A stretch of 12,610 nucleotides of DNA, taken from positions 1 through 12,610 of the forward strand of contig JADGIF010000258.1 in the NCBI GenBank assembly GCA_018985225.1, given 5' to 3'. This document shows positions 1 through 7,149 of the stretch, one piece after another (positions within the stretch are counted from its first letter, which is position 1; each line of letters opens with the position of its first letter). The stretch is from Amoeboradix gromovi X-113. Its lineage: Eukaryota; Fungi; Sanchytriomycota. The notes under the pieces were generated by a model, which was not told where the DNA came from, did no database searches, and worked only from the letters and a program-made list of their open reading frames with translations. The position numbers and the translations under genes are program-made.

Positions 1-111
1 AAGGGCTTAAGAACGTCTTTGATGAAGGTACTCTTTATTTACATAGCTATCCGCGCCGTACTAGCACCTCCACAGAAAACAAAGGCTCAAAAGAAATGCG
101 TTGTTTTGTAA
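1..111 (+). CDS. RAC1: Rac-family small GTPase, C-terminal part (5'-partial; exons <1-27 and 47-111)
   Basis: Removing the 19-nt intron 28-46 gives GLKNVFDEAIRAVLAPPQKTKAQKKCVVL*. This is the Rac C-terminal helix (VFDEAIRAVL), a polybasic tail and a CaaL prenylation box. Not in the ORF track. Confidence 0.92.
   Translation, partial: KGLRTSLMKVLFIYIAIRAVLAPPQKTKAQKKCVVL
28..46 (+). other. 19-nt spliceosomal intron in Rac gene
   Basis: GTACTCTTTATTTACATAG; removal restores FDE-A-IRAVL in frame. Confidence 0.92.
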
Positions 112-362
112 TAAATCTTTTGGAACACTCTAAACTCTATAGAAAGTTATGAAATTTCGCACATTTCATCCTTACATCTCATCTAGGGATTTTTATTTCT
201 GACGAACAAGCTGCATTAACAAGCATTTTCATCCTCAGCACTAGAGTAAGTGCATTCTCGTAACGCAATACAATTCTCATCCGCCTTTTTATTTTTTACG
301 CACATTTAACTTACGGTATAGATTTTTAGTAATAAATTTACAATGGTCCAACAAGGCCAAAA

Positions 363-938
363 ATGAAAGTTATGCTACCAATTTTGCAAAAAATGGAACT
401 GGATCCTGTTTTTTGTGTATTAAGTGCTAGTCAAGCAGTTATATTGTTCGAATTATTTAATCTCCTTGATTTTGATGGGAACAAAGGCTTAGACGATATT
501 CAGTTTTGTTGTTTCTTACTGCATGCCACAAACTTAAGTTCTACACAGGCAAGCCATGTTTTCGATATTTTGGATCTAGATAAATCAGGTATGGTAGAAT
601 TTAATGAGTTTTATGCGCTAGTGTGTATATTAGTAGCGATGAAGGATGGTAAGGCAAAGCTCTTCCTCTATCGCCATTGGAGAACTTGTTTTGAGCTTTT
701 AGATGAAGACGGTAGCAAGTCTGTTTCTAGGCAAGAATTTACAACTCTTGGATACCTGTTTGGCTTTTCTAGCGAGGCAGTAAAGCTAATATATGACGAG
801 TTTGATGTCAGTGGAAACAAAGAACTAGATATAGAAGAGTTCCGTTTATTTGTGTTTGAGGCAATAAATTTACAACAAGAGTTAGATAATTCTAAAGCCT
901 CTCATTTTAGAAAGTTTCTTAATAAATTTTTTGCATGA
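363..938 (+). CDS. EFCAB9: EF-hand calcium-binding protein, EFCAB9-like (CatSper-associated in animals)
   Basis: EF-hand loops DFDGNKGLD, DLDKSGMVEFNEF, DEDGSKSVSRQEF, DVSGNKELDIEEF. Segments I recognise from EFCAB9: LDPVFCVLS, FYALVCILVA, FLYRHWRTCFELLD, YLFGF. 191 aa, no intron needed. Confidence 0.75.
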   Translation: MKVMLPILQKMELDPVFCVLSASQAVILFELFNLLDFDGNKGLDDIQFCCFLLHATNLSSTQASHVFDILDLDKSGMVEFNEFYALVCILVAMKDGKAKLFLYRHWRTCFELLDEDGSKSVSRQEFTTLGYLFGFSSEAVKLIYDEFDVSGNKELDIEEFRLFVFEAINLQQELDNSKASHFRKFLNKFFA

Positions 939-999
939 CGCTCATCCATTTTAGTTGAACAAACCATCTATCGTAATCACATAAAATCAGTCCCTTTAA

Positions 1000-1614
1000 T
1001 GGTTCTTCTTTCCAGAGATTTGTGATTGAGTAAAAGATCGATATTCATCTTTATCATAAATACCGTACGGCATCAATTCATCGCAGCAAGGCATGTCAGA
1101 CTTAGGGACATCACAAAGGGATAGAGATTGCGGTGTTCTGCACTTTAAACTGTTCTTGAAATGAAACTACCGTGCAAAAGAAAGAAGAAAACTTGGTGGA
1201 ATGGAACTAAGCATTTGCTGGTCAAAGGTGCACAAGATGTGAAACTCTAAAATAGGAACTTTAGTACGCATAGATGCACAGTCGCTGTATGGATTAAAAC
1301 AGAGATAATATTGCGGCCACCTATTTATCCATGTCCCCTACACTCGACTCTCACTCATCATAAACTGCTTTTTGTCAACAAGCCCTCATAAAGTCAGCGA
1401 GCTTAAAGAATCTGGACTTGAACTTTGGTGCGCTGCCATCAATGTTTTTTGTGGTGCACAGCTTGTGGTGTAACATGTCGCCATTAGTCTAAATACCAGC
1501 TCTCCTGTGTACCCGGCGCTCTCCATACCATGCTTTAAGTTATGTACAAGCACCTCGAGCATCTATTTCAGTACATCCTCCTTGTTATTCACCAATATTA
1601 CTCTGCGTTAAAAG
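1000..1614 (-). pseudogene. 3' part of decayed NTPase + restriction-endonuclease-fold (Crinkler-like) gene
   Basis: Minus-strand fragments across stops and frameshifts: MLEVLVHNLKHGMESAGYTGELVFRLM, SRFFKLADFMRAC, DMPCCDELMPY...SFTQSQISG. They match, in order, the GxxGELVARLLL, dFLxxL and QxGxDxxIP...isxixiQVKN blocks I recall for this family. The 3' limit is approximate. Confidence 0.6.
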
Positions 1615-1722
1615 TCCTAATTTCCGAGAAAATCGTGAATTTCCATAGAGAAACTAATGCTAGTTTCTCCGTTACAGTGATCGCTCACGCTTTCACTACC
1701 CTGAGGCGGGATTGAATAAGGA
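1615..1722 (-). ncRNA. Candidate Fanzor omega-RNA scaffold
   Basis: Lies directly 3' of the RuvC-III codons and abuts the element end. Minus-strand hairpins: GUAGUGA-AA-GC-GUGA-GC-GA-UCACUGU (1674-1699, GNRA loop) and GGAGAAACUA-GCAU-UAGUUUCUCU (1647-1670, 9 Watson-Crick pairs plus G.U). Closing stem UCCUUAUU (1722-1715) with AAUUAGGA (1622-1615). The G.U pairs work only on the minus strand, the same sense as the nuclease gene. Confidence 0.62.
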
Positions 1723-2029
1723 TGCAGACACTTGATGTATATGTTCCTTGCTGCCATATGGTCTCTATCTATTTCCAAATGACAATTGGTACAGGTGTAA
1801 GTTTCTAAGTTGATTTTCTTTAAAGCACCATAGCTCGTACATATCTTACTAGTAAATGATTCATTGCATTCGACCATCGTCTTTCCTCTTTGCTTACATT
1901 TGAACTTCAAGCGTTCCTTGAATGCGCAATGAGACATTGTAGCCATATTTCTTGCGACTTGCTCGACAAGCTACTTATGATTTGACTAGTATTGAACGAT
2001 GGTAAGTGTGTGAGATCATATGTCTTTGT
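1617..2029 (-). pseudogene. tnpB: Fanzor2/TnpB RNA-guided nuclease, C-terminal fragment (RuvC-II region, zinc finger, RuvC-III)
   Basis: TKTYDLTHLPSFNTSQIISSLSSK [1-nt frameshift at ~1959-1960] VARNMATMSHCAFKERLKFKCKQRGKTMVECNESFTSKICTSYG...CTNCHLEIDRDHMAARNIYIK. Shows the ExxTSKxC motif, a zinc finger with the first CxxC mutated to CxxY, and DRDxxAARNI. RuvC-I and the REC/WED domains are absent. Homology ends near 1725; the ORF runs on into the RNA region. Confidence 0.88.
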
Positions 2030-2200
2030 ATGCTGTGCCTGTTAGTTATTTCTTTAGATTTGACATATTCGGGATTACATCCGTTCATTCCATTTACCAT
2101 TTGCGAAAGGAAGAATATCGAGTATTTAAGCTATTAGATAATCTGGAAAAGTCACGTAATAATACAAAAATACAAATTCGCGATAAATGATTTATTCAAG

Positions 2201-3544
2201 AAAGCAATCGAGCTGCCTCTGCCAGTATATGCTAACTGGGTTACTCCACCATTTTATGCTTTCTGCTGCTATTTATATAGGTGCATACCGCCATATGAGA
2301 CTTTGTCAACTTATTGCTCAGCTCAGATTGGGCATTCAGTGACATAAAAAGTTGGATGTTTAGCATAGCCGTGATTGCATGGTTGATCAGGCTACTTCTG
2401 TTTTCGATAGTTATATACCGGTATGGCGGACATTGCCCTCCAAGTAGCTTTAACTATGCTAACAACAAACGCGATTCCACGTCGCAAGACTGCCACAATG
2501 ATCTACCAAACCCCGAAGAGTCTCCAATTCGAGAAACTGCCTAGGGTGTATCGGTCTGTCTATTTTGTGCAGATCAAACGTATTTAGATCTATATACGGA
2601 TGGAAAAGATTCGTAGCCACATATGCTCAACTGGAATTTGAAAAGACCCCGATCCCTGGCGGTGTAAAGTTAGCAATGCTGGATGATGTGTCCATGAATG
2701 TACAGAAGGTATTGGTCCCACTATCTAAAACCCTCATCGCCGAATCCATGAAGTGGAAGTGCGAGTTGACATCATATGGGCTGGTCGGTGCGCAGAGTAA
2801 GGATACCTTGTCCAAAACAAACACCACTCTGTTATTTTCCTCAACAAGAATTTTGTTTAATCTCTCCGCCAACTTATCATTCGTCTTGTCCGACTTAAAA
2901 TTCATGTTTTTTCTATCTATAATCGACTTCCAGTATCGCTCTCTCAGCGGACTGGCAAGTGTCATCATATTATTATAAAAGATATTGTATAGTAACCGAG
3001 GCACTGATTAATGTAGACATACAACGACGACTTCATTATTTTTGTGCACATGCACGCGCAGTTTGCAGTAAGATGTTTTGTTCTCTACATGTTGAGTATA
3101 ATTTGATCTATGTACCAGTTTCAAGGTTTTTAGGCATGCTAGTAGCCGATATTGGATATTCTAGCTCATGAAAAGATAAATATAACTGTGTGTTTTCTCA
3201 ACTACCTGGTTCACTTGAATTAAACGGCACCATATATAAAGTTTTATACTTATTCGCCAATAGCGTTATAATATCAAAGGCAGATATGCTATAGCGGATG
3301 GATTGGCATTATTGCTTTTGATTGCTAGAAAGTATTTCGATACCAAAAGGCTTTTTAAATTTTTGATAACCTTACTTTGCAACTGCATGTATTAAGCTAT
3401 GAAAGACTTTGTGCCCCTAGATATAAGCTATTAATGTGCAATCCTTTTGAGATTTATCTTTTCGCAATCAATAATATCTGCTGTACCTTCTTCCTCTGTA
3501 TTTCGAGGTGATCTTATTTCAGGATTTGAGTTTATGAAAATCAT
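2201..3544 (-). pseudogene. 5' part of decayed P-loop NTPase + REase-fold (Crinkler-like) gene
   Basis: Putative ATG at 3544, many stops and frameshifts. Ordered blocks: VVFVLDKV (Walker-B-like), FMDTSSSIANFTP, S*(R)...LFHPY...FD, FGRSLW, A*LKLLGG, LTKSHMAVCTYI, *PS*HILAEAARLL. These correspond to the GRPLW / KLLGG / SHM / YPSEPILAEAA family. Includes track ORF 2627..3004(-). No Walker A found. Confidence 0.75.
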
Positions 3545-3720
3545 TTTTACAGTTTAAGCCTCGACAGTATCAGCAGCGCAGTAATTTTACATTTCGATTT
3601 CAGTTAGCTTCCTTTATTCTTGGATTTGCGGAGTTCTGCTGAAATACTTGGCCTTAAAAGGGCAATTACTGAACATCTGCTGAATTCAAAATACACTAAC
3701 ATACAACTAAATGCTTAAAA

Positions 3721-5079
3721 TTAAAATTTATTATATGCAATACACAGCAATGGTACCCCACTATAGATTCCAAACCAGAAGAACAAATTGCCAGCAATCG
3801 GAAATCTTTTGATTTGCGGTAGTTCTTGTACAGCTATCAAAGGTATCTGGAACATTTGAATGACAAACATGTACCATTTTAACTCCTTAAACACTACTAC
3901 AAATAACAATTCATGCAGCAAAGATGAAATAAAGAAAGTCAGTATCCTGGCAGAGTTCTTTGATAATCCCAAAACAAAATGGCATTCCAGATACACATGT
4001 CTGAAAAGAAAGTTATGAACAGGCTTGTTCCATTTACGACTAAATTCCAAGTAATTTGTGGAATTCCAAAAATCACTATAAAAGTTACGATCTGCATATT
4101 GCGTAATTTCTGCACAAACATTACAAATCACTTCAAATATAATGTTAAATACTAGTAGTATGCATATCATGAATGGACCACTAGTCGTAACAAGCAAGTC
4201 CACGAAGGAATTAGAATCATTTTGAAATTGCGGAATTATGTAGGATTCTATAACCACGTATAAAAGAAATGTAGAGCCTACAAATTCTATCAGCTTCTCA
4301 AAAATAAACCAGTATCTTATGGACTTCATTCTTGGATATGCAATATCATATATTAAAGTAGGGAAAATCAGATATTCAATGAAATTACGTAAAGTAATAT
4401 TCTCAGGATATGAGACCTGTAAAGTTGGTGAATTATCTATTTCCGGTGTGTTGTATAGGTTGTTATTGTATTCGATATCAGTCGGTACTTTGATCGTTAG
4501 AATGCTCTCGATGTCGGCTATTTGTTGGGAAATGGTGACATCATCATTCTTTTTAGCGTTGGCTTCTAACTGGTTAAGCAATTTTTTTTGTTCAAATAGT
4601 CTGCGATTGACAATGTTATAAGAGTGGCATTTAAACAGGATGGAGATTGAATGAACTGTCAGAGCACCAGAGGAAGCCCAATTCCAGTTCTGGTTGTACA
4701 CATAGTAATTAGAGAGACCGATAAAGCTAATTTCATAGACGCGCTGAACAATAGCACCAATTCGAGTAGGGATTATTTGGAGAACAATCAGCTTTTGTAA
4801 AATAAAGCTGAGAAAAGAGCAGAGTACGAGAAGAACATCAAACAAAACAACCTCTATAATATTGCTCATACTCAAATTCATTAAATAGCTGCCTATTAGT
4901 GACTTGCTTAATTTATAGTTTCCATAAATGGTAAGGAAAATTATCATAGCACCTGAAAACCAAGCAAGTACTACAAATCCCCACAAAGAGTTAGCCTGTG
5001 TAGACAGAACGCGAATGTGTAGTGGAGTAGGCTTGAGAACGTACCTTCTTTTGAAAATAGTGTTTGGTTCTAATTTCAT
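3721..5079 (-). CDS. ARE2: Sterol O-acyltransferase (ARE/ACAT, MBOAT family)
   Basis: 452-aa multi-TM ORF with FKCHSY, YPENIT, PTLIYDIAYPR, AEITQYADRNFYSDFWNS, WNKPVHNFLFRHVY and the catalytic His in SSLLHEL. ARE1 versus ARE2 cannot be distinguished. Confidence 0.9.
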   Translation of the reverse strand: MKLEPNTIFKRRYVLKPTPLHIRVLSTQANSLWGFVVLAWFSGAMIIFLTIYGNYKLSKSLIGSYLMNLSMSNIIEVVLFDVLLVLCSFLSFILQKLIVLQIIPTRIGAIVQRVYEISFIGLSNYYVYNQNWNWASSGALTVHSISILFKCHSYNIVNRRLFEQKKLLNQLEANAKKNDDVTISQQIADIESILTIKVPTDIEYNNNLYNTPEIDNSPTLQVSYPENITLRNFIEYLIFPTLIYDIAYPRMKSIRYWFIFEKLIEFVGSTFLLYVVIESYIIPQFQNDSNSFVDLLVTTSGPFMICILLVFNIIFEVICNVCAEITQYADRNFYSDFWNSTNYLEFSRKWNKPVHNFLFRHVYLECHFVLGLSKNSARILTFFISSLLHELLFVVVFKELKWYMFVIQMFQIPLIAVQELPQIKRFPIAGNLFFWFGIYSGVPLLCIAYNKF

Positions 5080-5203
5080 GCCAATGTTTTATGTTAAAAA
5101 AAGTTAGGCTAGTAGACAGATATCAAGTGCTAGTAAAATACCGATGGTGATTGAATAGCGATAAGCGGTTTATAAACAGATGTTAATCAATTAACGAGAA
5201 ATC

Positions 5204-5635
5204 CTATTTATTAGCATCTAGCAGTCTGACTAATTCATTAGCATATTTTTCATCTACTTTTAAGCGTGTTTGATAATCTTGGGGATATTCATAAGAAATT
5301 AGCTTGTTTTCAACCAATGCACTGAATCCGTCATCGATACTTATCGACAATGGTGCATCTGCGAAAAGAATAGGTTTATATTGCAATTCAACCTTAGTCT
5401 TTAATTGTTTTTGTATCGTGTCAACGGTGGCAATACTGATCTTACCCCACTTGACAATATTGGCATATTTTACTAAAGATGCCTGTAATTTAACCTCAAC
5501 TGGCTTTAATTTATTTGAAGCTATGTATTTCAACACGTCACCCTTTAGTAGTGAATTTTTGGGCCCTGAAGGGCTAACGGCTGCAGAATTAATGTTGTAT
5601 TGCTTTAGAAGTATCTGAACCGACGGAAATTTCAT
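5204..5635 (-). CDS. Peripheral-subunit (E3)-binding domain protein, PDH protein X (Pdx1/E3BP)-like, no lipoyl domain
   Basis: N-terminus FPSVQILLKQYNI...SGPKNSLLKGDVLKYI matches the E3-binding motif PSVxxLL...GPxGxLLKGDVL of fungal protein X. The remainder is not recognised. Confidence 0.62.
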   Translation of the reverse strand: MKFPSVQILLKQYNINSAAVSPSGPKNSLLKGDVLKYIASNKLKPVEVKLQASLVKYANIVKWGKISIATVDTIQKQLKTKVELQYKPILFADAPLSISIDDGFSALVENKLISYEYPQDYQTRLKVDEKYANELVRLLDANK

Positions 5636-7149
5636 CTCCTTGAAGGAAGTTAGTTTTGGACAAACTCTTGAAAACCAGACAAAGTTTTCAAAACAAGTGA
5701 ATTGAGAGATAGGGCTACTTGATCAAAGAGTCGCTGTATCATTCCACATACGCCTTAGGAAAACACTCGCTATTAACATTCACTCTTCTGTGTCAGTCCA
5801 CTCGAACCCGCTCCTCATTGTACTTGATATGAACTGAAGATTGCAACAAAGCAGATCGCCGTCTGACCCTGCATTGCACTCATTACCGCGGGGCCTAGAG
5901 CACTGTGGATGTGCCAGGCTCAGGAAAAAGCTAACCTACGAGGTTTTACCAAAGTTGTTTACTAAATCTTGTTTTTAGCTGCAGGTTCTCTCTTTGCTGT
6001 ATTCATACTCACCAAGTAAATCACGGTCATCATCTTTGCTACCTATTCTCAAATCGCTCGTCTTTCTATCATCCTCTTTCACGTCGTAGCCAGTGCATCT
6101 CCCATTACAAGCCTCTACCCACGGGCATGATTTTCTGCTCAATTTGGATCTTAGCAGTGGAAAGCGTGCATGCTAATCCCATAAACAGTCTATGGATCGA
6201 TAACTACTCGGCGATTCGTCTGATCAGTGATAGCCCGTTGCTTCTGCTAAAGCATTTCTTTCTCTTCCCGAATGTCTGCCGTCCTCTGCTGTCTCAAACG
6301 ATCTCTCGATGCAAGGTTGCACACAAGCATACAGCAGGCTTATTCCTGAATCACCTGTAGTACACCTAATGTGTTCAGTACTTTTCCGTTACAGACATAA
6401 CCATAGACGTGCTATGTGGATTCTGGACCTTCAAAGTCTTAGCACGCCTTAAGATACATAAATCTGTCAGACTTGGGCTTTCGCAGGAGCGCTGCTCATC
6501 CCATCTCGTAAGCTATTCTAACAAGAGCTTTGCTTCTGTCTACCATTATCCAGGTTGTGTTATTGTTGCATCTGGCACCTGATAGACTTGCAATGCGGAC
6601 TTGGTGCCTCGGTAAAATGCCGCGTAATTAAAAGCAGCAATGGCATCGATGAATCTCAACACTAGAAGATATTGTGGTTAATCGGGCTGTGTTTTTCCTA
6701 GTTTGCTGGTGCTGACGATTTCTGTCCCGAACAGCCTAATGAGAGTGTTACAATGAAGATTGGGTATCTCTTTGATGTACATCCGGAGATTTACTACTCT
6801 CGGTTTGGTTTCCACAGAGCATTTCCACCTATTATGCTTTCAAACATAACTCTTTGATTTCCATTTCCAATGTACTGCTAATTTATGTGTTTTAAATTCT
6901 AAGATACACGGCAAGTCTCTTAACTTAAGAATTATTTATTTAGTTTACGGTTGTGCCATTCCTATTCATTGCGATTCTTCAAAATTCAGGGAAAATAAAG
7001 ATATGCTGAGTTTCGCTTGAATCAGTAAATGAAATATTCATTTAATGTGATCAGATCTCACTTGATATCGATCATAGTTGGGTTTGGAAAATTAAATAAG
7101 ATTGCCACGTGCTAATTCGTCTTTCTCTCAATATCCCCTATTGTTAGGA

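Larger units (their letters stand above)
1615..2200 (-). mobile_element. Non-autonomous, internally deleted IS607-like Fanzor2/TnpB transposon (~590 bp)
   Basis: Sits between host-gene blocks xPSxHILAEAARL (ends ~2205) and LEVL...GELVFRL (resumes below ~1614), which are normally about 15 codons apart. Contains a Fanzor/TnpB C-terminal fragment and a hairpin-rich 3' region. Subterminal inverted motif ATCG(C/T)GAATTT at 1632-1642 and 2174-2184; flanking AAAG direct repeat at 1611-1614 and 2201-2204. The high-coordinate boundary could alternatively be 2207. Confidence 0.75.

Noticed and set aside
160-285. Repeated T(T/C)TCATC(C/T) motif (164, 177, 227, 275) and a Cys-rich minus-strand reading upstream of EFCAB9
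   Set aside because: Short, irregularly spaced and in AT-rich DNA. The minus frame has stops and matches no family I recognise. It is not a CRISPR-like or tandem array.
1617-1946. Treating the 109-aa ORF as a functional mini-nuclease
   Set aside because: It lacks RuvC-I and the RNA/DNA-recognition domains, begins after a frameshift, has a broken zinc finger, and its last ~35 codons are read-through into the RNA scaffold.
1615-2200. Element removed from the host mRNA as an intron (ends in TTAG; GTATTT near the other end)
   Set aside because: An in-frame TGA lies between the host junction and the nearest GT, the host gene is decayed anyway, and all supported introns here are 19-20 nt. No group I core motifs were seen.
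2314-3171. Plus-strand track ORFs 2314..2544, 2565..2978 and 2959..3171
   Set aside because: Antisense shadows of the minus-strand pseudogene, with non-ATG starts and no recognisable motifs.
1000-3544. Stop-codon reassignment (TAA/TAG as Gln) as an explanation for the in-frame stops
   Set aside because: Intact genes end in TAA (Rac, SAH1, VAP, ARE, PTPA), TAG (E3-binding protein) and TGA (EFCAB9, SPT2, NAF1) and have no internal stops. The broken region also has frameshifts and stops at expected Tyr, Glu and Arg positions.
5668-5691. 8-bp inverted repeat TTGAAAAC-N8-GTTTTCAA upstream of the E3-binding gene
   Set aside because: AT-rich and isolated; expected by chance at this base composition.
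5860-5895. CATTGCACTC in a hairpin, resembling the U1 SL-II or U2 SL-IV loop
   Set aside because: No ATACTTACC 5' end, U1 loop I, U2 GTGTAGTA branch-pairing sequence or Sm site at suitable distances.
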